A stretch of DNA of 64,000 bases from Oopsacas minuta (taxonomy: Eukaryota; Animalia; Porifera): positions 285,791 to 349,790 of the forward strand of contig JAKMXF010000319.1 of assembly GCA_024704765.1 (NCBI GenBank), in the 5' to 3' direction. Positions 23,834 to 35,396 of the stretch are shown piece after piece. Below the pieces are notes generated by a model. It saw only the letters and a program-made list of their open reading frames with translations, made no database searches and was not told the DNA's origin. How positions within the stretch are numbered: the first letter of the stretch is position 1; each line of letters begins with the position of its first letter. The translations under genes and the position numbers were made by a program.

Positions 23834-26355
23834 TTGGCTACTCAAGTAGAGACATTACATAAAGAACCATTATCATCAGATGAGAACAAACAAACTGATA
23901 TCACTGCTGGAGAACAGCTGACTTCTAATCCAATTCATCCACTGCAGATGAATGGACTCTATGGTTCTTCCAGCAAGACTCTACCAAAGACTGTGGAGAT
24001 TGTTTTCAAAAAATTATTTCATTTACTACTATTTTAGGTTTTTGGTCTTGTTTCAGGTAATATTACGTTCTTTTACTTTTATACTTAGCACTCCTGTCCT
24101 ATACCAATTTCAAACTTCCTGTAGACCCCCTGCTGTCGTTCGTGGACGACCGAGGGATCCATTGCCCCCTGGTTACAAGATCCACTAAGATACAATATGG
24201 GGAAACGGACATTTGGTTCTTGAAATTTGGTTCCCTGGACATTTTGTTCCCTGGACTTTTGGTTCCCGGACATTTCGTTGCCAATTACGTATCCAATATT
24301 CAAGATTTTTATTAAAAGTAATGATAGAATTTGTTAATTTAAGTTCTTATAATTTGTATTTTAAGACAAGGCGTGAAGTATTAATGTAAAATATGTGTAA
24401 TGTTCATATTAGAAATCAAAGTTGTGCGCCATTCCTCTTAGATATGTTAGAATCTCTCTATTCTCGTAGTCTTTAACTAGTCTCAGGATTCTGAGATTTC
24501 TAGATTCACTGTGCTTTGAGTTCTTGGCACTTCACCAGTCTCCCATCTGACTAGAGTTGCCTCCTTGTAGAGATTGCTCACGTTGCAGGTGCATTAAGAG
24601 CTTTACAAAACTTGGGTGTGAACAAGTCATATCTGATTTAAAGGCATTATGCTATCTTTCTACTGAATTGTTTGTTCGGAGTAATCTGGATCTTACTCGT
24701 GTAAACATATTCCAAATTCGAATTGGAAAGCGTGGTATTCGTCTACTTTGATCTTCACGTCTCTTCCCGATATAATTAACTTCAAAATATTCAGCTACTT
24801 CTTTACCTGATTCCGGGAAATTACCCATCAATATTGTGAAGCAATCAATGACTTCAAATTCCGGCACTAAAGCTAGACTTACTGACATCTTCATTTGTAT
24901 TGCAAATTCCTCATCTTCGAGATATAGTGTAGCCAACCCTATCGACTGTATTTGACGATGAATGCTCTGCGACAGATGAAACAAACAAGCAGATATAACA
25001 GCTAAGGAATTTTCTTCTAGAGTATTGATTGAAGCTTTTTCGAAATCTACCATAATGGATGACGGATCTATTTCAGGTTCGATCTCTTTTAACTTTTTGA
25101 GTAGTTCATCATATGTAGATTGAAGCTTGTTTAACATCAGTGCATATATGCATAGAATGATGTATCCATCTTTCTCGCAATGAATTGTGTATAACTGGAA
25201 AATTGAATGGGAACAACTTTGAATGTACCATCTGCATACCAATTACTTGTGTTCCGTAAAAGGTTGAGCATTTGATGAGTGCCAAATACTAGCAGTCTGT
25301 TGGTCTCATGTATGCCTGAATCATATAGCAAGAACTGCTGTCCTTTTGAGGTTACTTTATAGTTTTTAGGGATAATAATTTCTGTAGCCGTAGCAGAGTT
25401 ATCAAAATTCTCACCACTGGATCTGGTGCGACGGATTGTCCGTTTTATTGAATCAAATTTTGGTAGTGCTGCTATAGTTGACTCATTCATTGATCCTAAT
25501 CCACTAGCAAGTATGGACCTGGTGTTGGTTTCAGAATTCAATGCGCGCTCTTTCATTTGAGAGATACCTTTAATCATCTCACCTCGCACAGGATTTGGTC
25601 CATGGGTGTTAGATGAGTAAATAACAGATCTGCTCTCAGGTTTTATCACAACTCCCTCTTCGGTAGAAACACGGGCTTTACAAGTTGCACGTTTTTCACA
25701 GAGCCAATATAAGTACGGATAACAAGACTTAGTTAGAGTATACAAATAACCATCTATGTAAACCTTTTCTTTGCCTCTACTTGATTTCAGAATTTCAATC
25801 ACAACATTTGGAGTGGCCATGGGAATTGTAGAGCATATAAAATTCCATGTACGCCATTTGATACCTTAGAACAAAATTAATTTGTTCCCAAAAGAACAAT
25901 AACCTGCCAACAATAGGCTAAGCGTTATAGTAATGACTTTTTATTGAAATCTAATTCTAATGTTAGGAAATCAACCCTACAATTGAAAAGGAGGAATCTT
26001 CCTTCAAGAAATATCCAGGGAACAAAATGTCCAGGAACGAAATGTCCAGGAACGAAATGTCCAGGGAAAGGAGATGTGCACTAATCTACAATATGTTCCA
26101 TATGCACATTTCAAATTTCAGTATTTAGATTTATAACTGGGGCAAAATAATAATAGTTTTGATCTATAACTTATTTTCTAATATTTGTAGATTCTGATTA
26201 TAAAATTTTGTTTGAAACTATTTCTTTTACGTACATAAAGCCTCCAGACCGTCTCCCTAACAACTGCAACAATTCCGTATTCAAGAAAGGAATTTGTCCC
26301 ATGTGGGAAGACCCAGCAAACTTGCAAGGAGGCCGTTGGCTGATGCAGATAACTC
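23834..26355 (+). pseudogene. EIF4E: Truncated, intron-containing eIF4E gene fragment (exon 1 23834-24056; exon 2 piece 26231-26355)
   Basis: ..NPIHPL(fs)DEWTLWFFQQDSTKDCGDCFQKIISFTTILGFWSCFR|YIKPPDRLPNNCNNSVFKKGICPMWEDPANLQGGRWLMQIT matches eIF4E HPLxxxWxLWF, FW, FKxGIxPMWED, GGRWL; donor ag|gtaata, phase-compatible acceptor mutated (ttttac|g). Confidence 0.85.
24199..26070 (-). mobile_element. FLYWCH-MULE (Mutator) transposon, decayed, inside the eIF4E intron
   Basis: KVYIDGYLY..YLYWLCEKRATCKAR (FLYWCH), WYADGTFKVVP, MVDFEKA..ACLFHLSQS, RTNNSVE; inverted sub-terminal arrays of ggacattt(n)gttcc. End coordinates approximate. Confidence 0.8.
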
Positions 26356-26552
26356 TATTTTGACACCTTTGACACCTCTGTATTTTATCCCAATCAGATT
26401 GTAGGGTTATATAATTATACATAAATATATAAAATTAGTTCTGGTGGAGTGTTTGTAATTTAATTAGCTCTGTAATGTATTTGTATTGATGTAGACTGTA
26501 ATTCTATTGGTCAATACATTCTATTAAATATATATATATATATATATATATA

Positions 26553-26651
26553 CATGTTACAGTCAATGTGTAAAATCAGTCAATTTACAAATTGACTGAA
26601 ATTTCCAGTCAATTTGTAAATTGACTGATTTTACACATTGACTGTAACATG
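26553..26651. repeat. 99-bp palindrome (perfect 46-bp arms, 7-nt loop) in a (TA)n tract; probable MITE
   Basis: catgttacagtcaatgtgtaaaatcagtcaatttacaaattgactg aaatttc cagtcaatttgtaaattgactgattttacacattgactgtaacatg. Confidence 0.9.
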
Positions 26652-26982
26652 TATATATACTGATTTATCATATGATTAACAATATTTTCACACCTTTTTC
26701 TGAACATCTCAAAATTATCCTAGAGATTAGCTTCCACTTGTTAAATAGTGGTAAACAGAGACGTAGAATCAGATTTTAGCATTTTAAATGTCTAACAAGA
26801 TTAGTAAATTTCAATTTTATCTTTCTTTGATAAAATGAATATTTAATAGAATAGCAAACTTTAAATAATCCACTAAAGTTAATTTGGTGAAATTAAGCCT
26901 GAACAGACGGAGATTTTAGATTTTATTAGAAATATCTCTTTTGTGTAAATTTGATATTCCTTACAGGAAGATCGTTATTATA

Positions 26983-28282
26983 CAGGGTTAGGCATAAGTT
27001 GTGCAACAAGTATAAACTAGTATCTTTCTTATTTTACCATAATAGTAGTTGAAATTCGTAATGAATTAGTGAATATACATACTAAGGATACGAAATTCAT
27101 CTAGCTCTTCGAATGTATTGCTCTTTGCTGCGATACATAGGCTCAATCGCTTATAGCAATTATCGGCAGCAGCACGCAACACGTCCTCACTGATTAAATC
27201 CCACTCTCTTCTCAAGGAAGACTTCGGACTTTCGACATTCTTGTGAGGCTTTGCACATACCCTGACTCTAAGATGGACCATATACAGAAATCCATAGGGT
27301 TTAGATCTTGAGAAGAGGCCGGCCATTCTTCAGTTGATATAAATTCCGGTACATTGAGTTTCAACCACTCAGATGTCATTTTGGCTTTGTGGGAGGGAGC
27401 GGAATCTTGCTGGAACACCCAATGCGCGCCATTGTAGTGCTCACCAGCCCAAGGCTTCTATGCGTTCTCTAAAATGCTCTCTACATACACCTCTTTGTTA
27501 GTTTTCACCCCTTTGTCAATGAACACCAGAGGTGTCCGACCATCAGAGGTAATTGCTCCACAAACCATGACCGATGCAGGTTTCTGAGTTCTTATGATTG
27601 TGCGTATTGATGACGATATAGACTTTTGATCTGGACCAAGAATTCGACTGTTTTGGCGATTATATGCCATTTCTACGGTAAAAATCTTCTCATCGGAGAA
27701 CACAATGCTCTGGTGCGTGCCACCAGTGAGCATTTTTCTCAGAATCAGACATTTTTCATACCTACGCCTCTTATTCACCTCAGAAAGTAACTGCACCTCT
27801 CAAAATTAGTAGCATTTCAAGCCTAAATCCTCTTTTACTATCCTCCCCATACTTCTGGTTGAAATATTGAAGTCTTTTGCCATGCCTTGGATGCTTCTGA
27901 CAGGATTCTTCCTGATCCTTTCCCGGACGAGCTTCCTAACAGCAGGAGTACGAACAGAACGAGGTCTATCTTTTCTGAACCTGTCCTGGGTACTGCCAGT
28001 CTCCTTGTAACGTTTGATTGTACGGTAGACTATCCATCTGTTTATGGACAGTTTTTTTGATATTACGGAAGCTGACTTGCCTTCATTATGATACAAGATT
28101 ATCAATGACCGTTTTGCTTCTTTGTCCATAACTCAAAAAAAATTTTCTAGTCGGACTCAATACTCTAAATATTGTTTAAAAAGATATTGAAGATAAATAT
28201 GATAAACAAATATTCACCTAAAACCATTCGCAGAACCTCTAGCTTAATTTAAAGTTTGTTGCAGAACTTATGCCTAACCCTA
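26983..28282 (-). mobile_element. maT (DD37D) Tc1/mariner-superfamily transposon, frameshifted
   Basis: TA TSD; TIRs cagggttaggcataagttgtgcaacaa / ttgttgcagaacttatgcctaaccct; HTH ORF 28129-27806; VFSDEK; QQDSAPSH..WPASSQDLNPMD with 37 residues between the two Asp. Confidence 0.88.
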
Positions 28283-28379
28283 TATATTAGGCATTATTTG
28301 TATGTTTATACATTTACTCAAATTACAACTAAATATTTGTAGATATTATTCAGAATTATCAAATTGAACAGACAAAGAA

Positions 28380-29651
28380 ATGGCTAGCGTAGAAGTGAAA
28401 AGAAAGTTTATCGAACAAGTAAAAGAGAGTAGAAGTAAGATTAGAGACTGCTTCAAGAAGTCACATGAAGCTCTACAACTCAGAGAGGGTATCCTCCTCT
28501 CTCGTATTGATGAAATCGAGAAAGAGTATAATATCAAAAATGAGGAAATGCAAGAGTTATTGGAAGCTTTGAATAAATCAAAATCGTTAATTACAGACAC
28601 TCTGACTTCTAATAAACTTAAAGCCACTCATCGAGGAATAGAATCACTACTAAATAAACAAATCGAAGAACTATCAGCTGATACAGACAGTAGTTTTGAG
28701 TTTGAATGGAACAGTCATTTCGAAGCTGACATAGAACAGCTAGGGAGTATTATGCTTAACGGTCAGACTAACAAACCTCCCACTCACACCTTCCCTCCTC
28801 AAGTGAAGCCTGTTGTACCTGACTACAAGGCTAAACACCTTCCTACTGCTTACTGCTGTAAGAAATCTACAGACAAGAAAGCTCCAGGAGAGCTGCACGG
28901 TTCCAGAGGTATAGCAATACATTACCTAACTGGAAATATTTACATAGCGGATTGTGACAACAATCGTGTACAAGTATTTAGCAGTAACGGAGATTATCTC
29001 TTCATGTTCAGTGAGGAGATGAACCTACCATATGGTATCGGTATAACTCAGAATAAAGTGTTTGTTACACAATTCTATGGTTATTGCATTAATAAGTACG
29101 AGCTAGAAGGGAAACTAATCAAGAGTGTTGGTAGTCAAGGGAATGGAGAAGCTCAGTTCAACAATCCATGCGGTCTGGATGTCTCTGATAGAAGTAGCAA
29201 TGTGTATGTTTGTGATATTAGGAATAATAGAGTTCAAATCTTAACTCAAGAACTCAAGTTCCATTCCATGCTAGGAATAGACTTGTTTAAGGCTCCACTT
29301 GACATTAAGGTTACAAGAGACAGAGTATTGGTGCTAGATAGAAGTGATCCGTGTATGCTTGTGTTCAATTCCTATCACGTTCAAATCAACAGGCTGATAA
29401 CTTGCGGGGATGGCAAACAAACAAACAATCCAGACTTTTTCGACATAGATAGAGATTATAATATCATTATGAGTGACTGCTATGATCACTGTGTGTACGT
29501 ATTCAATCAGGAGGGAGAACAGATACACAAGTTTGGGGAGAAAGGTCACGGTATCGGGGAGTTCTATTTTCCATATGGAATAGTACTAGACAACACAGGA
29601 CACATTATAGTTGTGTGTCAGAAGAATACTAATTGTCTCCAATTCTTCTAA
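28380..29651 (+). CDS. Coiled-coil + NHL-repeat protein, array copy 4
   Basis: Intact 423-aa paralogue. Confidence 0.92.
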   Translation: MASVEVKRKFIEQVKESRSKIRDCFKKSHEALQLREGILLSRIDEIEKEYNIKNEEMQELLEALNKSKSLITDTLTSNKLKATHRGIESLLNKQIEELSADTDSSFEFEWNSHFEADIEQLGSIMLNGQTNKPPTHTFPPQVKPVVPDYKAKHLPTAYCCKKSTDKKAPGELHGSRGIAIHYLTGNIYIADCDNNRVQVFSSNGDYLFMFSEEMNLPYGIGITQNKVFVTQFYGYCINKYELEGKLIKSVGSQGNGEAQFNNPCGLDVSDRSSNVYVCDIRNNRVQILTQELKFHSMLGIDLFKAPLDIKVTRDRVLVLDRSDPCMLVFNSYHVQINRLITCGDGKQTNNPDFFDIDRDYNIIMSDCYDHCVYVFNQEGEQIHKFGEKGHGIGEFYFPYGIVLDNTGHIIVVCQKNTNCLQFF

Positions 29652-30211
29652 CTGACTGAAGAATTGTTTATAATTTGTACTAATTAGTGAAATAGTTTAT
29701 TGTTTATTATTTTGTTTACTTTATTGATAATGATTATTTCCAGTTTTGTATAGTTTATCTTATCTAAAGTGAAAGTTAATTGTGTTGAGGAAAAATGACA
29801 TAAAATATGTTAAGATTGTCGGTACAGGTTCTAATTTTAGATTTTTTGGCTTAAGATATTCTTTAGTTTGGCATTGGCTATGGTTTTGGTATTTCATCAA
29901 TTTCCTATTCATTAACTTGTCTATCTAGTATCTAACTTGGAGAAATTGTAGCTTGCATTACTTTCAATTACACACAATTGATGGAATTACACACTCCTTC
30001 TCTATGAGGCTATGACACGCATTTGTAATACAAATATGATACTTTGATTACTACCCCCTTTGGCTTCAAGACATTGTCAAATGTTTTGACACTACGTAGT
30101 GTCTGATTGCTGTAGAACTAGTATAAGACGCACTCCCCTAGGAAAACCAATTTAGTTGTTACTATCCGAGTTGTACTCCATTTAGTTATTTCCCTGCTCC
30201 AGCTCAAGGTA

Positions 30212-30512
30212 CAGTGGAACCTCTGGATTCGGGGCATGTGTGATACTGTGAAAATTTCTGACGCCCCGATTCTGGATTTCAGTTTGGTATTGGGTCAAAA
30301 TGGCCATTTTCCGTATATATGTAGGTCATATTATGTCATGATATTGTTTCGTATTGCTAGTCACACTGTAACGTTAAAATTTTTAATTCTCCTACATATT
30401 GCTTGTCCTGAACACCAAGTCATCACTGCAAGGGCTGCTACCCAGGCTCTCCTCGACCTGGAGATATTCTTTCAGGATCAGTGGAAGCATGTCGACGCTG
30501 AGTGGTGCGCAA
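30212..30512 (+). mobile_element. pogo-derived MITE, unit 4, 3'-truncated
   Basis: TA|cagtggaacctctggattcggggca; homology ends at the tagggtg terminus of the next element. Confidence 0.65.
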
Positions 30513-31960
30513 TAGGGTGTCCCAAAAACTCAAATTTTTAAAGGTTTATGGGGGACCCCCTAAGAAGTTTCTATATTTCATAAAATATTGTGGAAAAACT
30601 TTCAGCTATTTATGAAGTGATTTAGGGGTCCCTCCATGGCTCCGTAAATTATATTTTTACACCTGTTTGTTAACAATTTCAACATTTCATTTTTTGATAG
30701 AAACTTGCTTTAGAGTCCTATACTGGGTGAATCGACGATTCAGATTTCAGATTTACAATCAGAAATTTGTTATTTTGTATACTTTCGTATTTGAATTACT
30801 GAATTTTATGATTCATTTGTTACTGTTCGTCAAGTTTCAAGTTTCTATTGATTACTTCCTAAAATAACTAAAGAATAGATTGTGGTTAGTAATTGAGTCA
30901 TATTTCCCTCGTAAATAAGATTAAATTACTAAGGAATTATTGTGTTTTAATAGCAGGGTTTGCTCCATATTCCGGAACTAGTATAAATTCTGACTCTTAT
31001 TTAAAATGTTTAACAAATTGACATTATGGCAGCAAAACTCGCAGTCCTCAACACGTTTGGTTGATCGGATTCCCTACTTACAAAATAATTGGTGCAAAGT
31101 TTCCTAGTGTACGTGATGTTACGCGCTTTTTATTAAACATCGCGAAAATAAGTGCACAAAACCGGAAAGCGCACATACAACCTATGACGAATTAATTAAG
31201 ATTTGGGACCAGTACAGGATTCCAGTGAAATCTAAGAGAGATATCATCGATAAAATAGAGAAACTCTACAAGCAACAACAACAACAACAACAGCTTTCGA
31301 AAAACATGTAGCGTAGCAATCTGTCAGACATTAAAAACCAAGAAGAGTGCTCAATCAAACTATATGAATTGTTTGACATAGCTCATGCTCTCGCTAGCGC
31401 TATTCCTAAACCATGTACATGACGAGGTCAAAGTTCAGCTTGTTGCAGATATGCACAAGATCGAGGCAGACATCTGTTAACTAAGCTACCGGGCTCTCTT
31501 AATGAACTTCATGCATCACTGTCATTTTTTGAGATATCAAGATTAGACTCATCGTTCCTCAAAAAAACTGTTAATACTTGGAGCTCGGATCTAAGCTACA
31601 TAGAGGGTCAACGATTTGCTAGGCATTTGGCTTGTGTAAACGATGTTGCTGAACGTGGGATCCAGCTGATTCAACAGTTCAACAGAAGTTCAAAAGACGA
31701 GGTCCAAAAGTAATGCCTACTACAAGTGGTAGAGCAACATCGAAAACACTTCAGGACTACTCCAACTATGTCTGAGCTAAATTTCGTTTAATCTATTAAT
31801 ATTGTACAATGAATTACAAAATATTTTACTTCTTGAAAAATATATAAATTGTACAGATAACAAATTTCTGATATTAAATCTGAAATCTGAATCGTCGATT
31901 CACCCAGGTTAGCATTGTAAAGCAAGTTTCTAGGAAAAATTAAATTTTGAAACTGTTAAA
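30513..31960 (+). mobile_element. Internally deleted hATm-like DNA transposon with long TIRs (right TIR truncated)
   Basis: Starts tagggtgtcccaaaaa; 30655-30780 is inverted at about 31855-31960; remnant ORF IGAKFPSVRDV..IWDQYRIP..KIEKLY and ACVNDVAERGIQLIQQFN..LLQVVEQHRK. Family name from recall only. Confidence 0.55.
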
Positions 31961-31974
31961 ACACAGGTAAGAAT

Positions 31975-33768
31975 GAAATGTACCTTCGTCCACAAATTCA
32001 GAATGAAATGATTTCGAATATTTGGGAATGAAATCAGAAGTAGAATTGTTGGTTACCTTAAAGAGGCAGGTATTATTGCAGTGTTGATGGATGAAACACC
32101 TGATGTATCCCATAAAGAACAGCTGACTGTCATTGTCAGATATGCGAACCCTTTAAATGGCAAATTTTCAGAGAGTTTTGTTGCTTTATTAGAAATCCTA
32201 TTACTACTACTACTGGAAAAGCAATTACAAATATTCTAATTATAAAACTAAATAGTCTTGGATTACAAGTTGAAGACATAGCTGGCCAAGGTTATGACGG
32301 AGGAAGCAACATGTCCGGGATTCTCAAAGGTGTACAAGCAAGAATTCGCGAGTTAAACCCACTAGCACTATTCACTCATTGTTATTCCCATAGTCTGAAT
32401 CGAGTGTTAGTGAATTCTGTTTGTAATCATAGAAACATTGAAGCAAGTAAGTTCTTTGGAATAGTGGAATTAGTATACACATTTATTGAAGGTAGTGTGC
32501 AGCGACATGGTTATTTTATTGAAAGACAGAGAGATACAATCTGCTCAACGTCCTTTACACTTAGTTGGTCTATCCGACACAAGGTGGAATTGCAGGGTGT
32601 CTTCTTGTCAACGATTACTAAATGAAGTTGTATTCAAATCAGTTTTGGATACAATTGAACATGTTTGTGCTGCTACTACAGATGGATATTCTAGAGGTAC
32701 AAGCTACTGGCCTTTTAGCGAGTATATCTACTTTCAACTTTGTAATTTCTCTTGTAACAGTTACTCCTATCCTTTTAGCTATCAATATAATAAGTGAAAC
32801 ATTGCAGAGTTGTCAAATAAATCTATTAACGGTGAACAAACAGATCCACGTTTAAAAATTGAACTACAGAGATTACTTACTGAAAACGTCTGGTTGGATG
32901 CGTTTAGTAAAGCAGAGAATTTGGCGATAAAGTTAGGCCTCAATACTGAATTTAGCATCCAACGTTAAAGAAGAGTTTCCTGCAGAGTTGATAATAATCC
33001 TTCTACTGGGATAATGATCCTTTTACAGGGATAATAATCCTTATACTGGGATAATAATCCTTCTACTGGAATAATATTTTCACCAAAAGATAATTTGAGA
33101 GTAAACTTTTACGAAGCATTGGTCGATAGTAAGATTTCTGAGATCAATTCTAGCTTTCCCAATCAATTATTTAATTTTGCATTTTGGATCCAAGGAATTT
33201 TGAAGCCATTGACGCAGAGGAAAATCTTCTAAAACTTGTTCATCAATACAAAAGAATATCTCCAGACCGTTTTATAGCTGAATGGAGACTCGCAACGCAT
33301 TTTATACAACAAGACACTCCTTTACTTGCTGTTTATAACAAATTACCTGATTCATACACAGAACTCCGCTACGTACATGTATCGAAAATTATACACACTC
33401 CTAGTGACTACAGCCCATGCAGAAAGAAGTTATTCTAAATTGTCTTGGAATAAAACTAAGTTACGGTCTACAATGTGCGAAGATTGTCTAGAATCTTTGA
33501 TGTTTTGCTCAATAGAGAAAGAAATTCTGCTTTCTCTAAATAATGAAGACCTCATTTCTAAGTTTGTATCCATGGCAGATAGGAGATTACAATTATCTTA
33601 GTATGTGCTGTGTTGATTAGATTTCTATAGACATCATTCATAGTATATTCATTAGAAATGAACTGATACACGTAATATAATATATTGGTAATTGGGTTAT
33701 TTGTTATGTTTAGTGTAATAAATAATTTTAATTGCCTCCACTTCCAACTATTCCTGGCAACGCCATTG
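31975..33768 (+). mobile_element. Decayed hAT transposon (ZMYM1-like transposase), 5' truncated
   Basis: PQIQNEMI, MDETPDVSHKEQL, GQGYDGGSNMSG, HCYSHSLN, SDTRW, TTAHAERSYSKL..KLRSTM; right end ctggcaacgccattg. Confidence 0.8.
32990..33069. repeat. 20-bp minisatellite x4 (gataataatccttctactgg) inside the hAT
   Basis: Four adjacent near-identical units with no spacers. Confidence 0.85.
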
Positions 33769-34045
33769 ATTGAGACATACAACAACAATAAATTGTTGTT
33801 GTCTCTTTCCAACTTGCTGGGGAATCCCTTGCCGTCACATTTTCCGCATTTACTTAGAAAATAGCCTGAATCATTTACCCAAAGGAGCAATTAGCATATT
33901 TTGGTATAAAAAAATGAACAGCAAAAGATTGGACTTCTCAACCAACTAGTTTCTTCAAAACATAATATAGTTCCAATAGTGTCAACAAACACATCTAAAA
34001 CCAAAGATGAATGCTATGAAATATTAATGGCAGAATGTAAAGAGA
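33769..34045 (+). pseudogene. Isolated SWIM-finger fragment of the FAR1-like MULE seen at 37935-40967
   Basis: Near-copy of about 40230-40500 (NCCCLFPTCWGIPCRHIF region). Confidence 0.75.
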
Positions 34046-34055
34046 TTTATATATA

Positions 34056-34971
34056 CAGTCAGGGGACAAAAGTATTCGACCACACAAATATATTGTCATA
34101 AATTGTATACTCTTTCCCGCTCCTATATATTGTGTAGTCTATATTCGTAGCTGCTATCTAGTAATTTGTATAGAATAACATATGTTTTTCAAGAATTTCA
34201 AAAAAATATTTAGATTGACACTTTTTGAAGGTGTTAATTATTAATAATTATTAGATAATTATTGATAATCAAAATATGTGGTAATTCAAAACCTATTAAG
34301 AATCTATAATTTCTGACTTGATATTTGAATTCTACGTAGGCGAGTTACCCCAGATTGAAATTTCCAATCGGATTGAGCAATTTTTACCAAAGTTATAAAA
34401 GAATCTCAATTTGTCCCACTTGTGCCACTTTTTGAAAAAAGTGGCACAGGTGGCAGGAAAAAGCGCCACTACAAGGAAATCAACTAGAGTTAGGAGGAAT
34501 AAGTCGAAGTAATATTTTCGAATGATATGACTATGCTAACCCTTGAATTCCAAAATAACCTCTCGGTAGCGGCCACTTGTGCCACCTTCGGCAAAAGGTG
34601 GCACAAATGGCACAAAATTGAAATTCATCTATAACTCTGGTAAAAATTGCTCAATCCGATTGGAAATTTCAATCTGGGGTAACTCGCCTACGTAGAATTC
34701 AAATATCAAGTCAGAAATTATAGATTCTTAATAGGTTTTGAATTACCACATATTTTGATTATCAATAATTATCTAATAATTATTAATAATTAACACCTTC
34801 AAAAAGTGTCAATCTAAATATTTTTTTGAAATTCTTGAAAAACATATGTTATTCTATACAAATTACTAGATAGCAGCTACGAATATAGACTACACAATAT
34901 ATAGGAGCGGGAAAGAGTATACAATTTATGACAATATATTTGTGTGGTCGAATACTTTTGTCCCCTGACTG
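34056..34971. mobile_element. 916-bp foldback element with Tc1-like termini
   Basis: TA|cagtcaggggacaaaagtattcgacc..; arms about 400 bp, the outer about 334 bp apparently identical; about 120-bp spacer; no ORF. Confidence 0.88.
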
Positions 34972-35396
34972 TATATATACTGATTTATCATTTGATTAAG
35001 CATATTTTCACACCTTTTACTGAACATCTCAAAATTATCCTAGAGATTAGCTTCCACTTGTTAAATAGTGGTAAACAGAGACGTAGAATTAGATTTTAGT
35101 ATTTTGAATGTCTAACAAGATTAGTAAATTTCAATTTTATCTTTCTTTGATAAAATGAATATTTAATAGAATAGCAAACTTTAAATAATCCACTAAAGTT
35201 AATTTGGTGAAATTAAGTCTGAACAGACGGAGATTTTAGATTTTATTAGAAATATCTCTTTTGTGTAAATTTGATATTCCTTACAGGAAGATGGTTATTA
35301 TATATTAGGCATTATTTGTATGTTTATACGTTACTCAAATTACAACTAAATATTTGTAGATATTATTCAGAATTATCAAATTGAACAGATAAAGAA

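Noticed and set aside
23834-26355. Functional eIF4E or NHL-eIF4E fusion protein
   Set aside because: Start codon altered, frameshift, mutated acceptor, 3' half missing, and copy 3 has its normal stop.
32990-33069. CRISPR-like repeat
   Set aside because: Units are adjacent with no unique spacers, no cas genes, eukaryotic context: a minisatellite.
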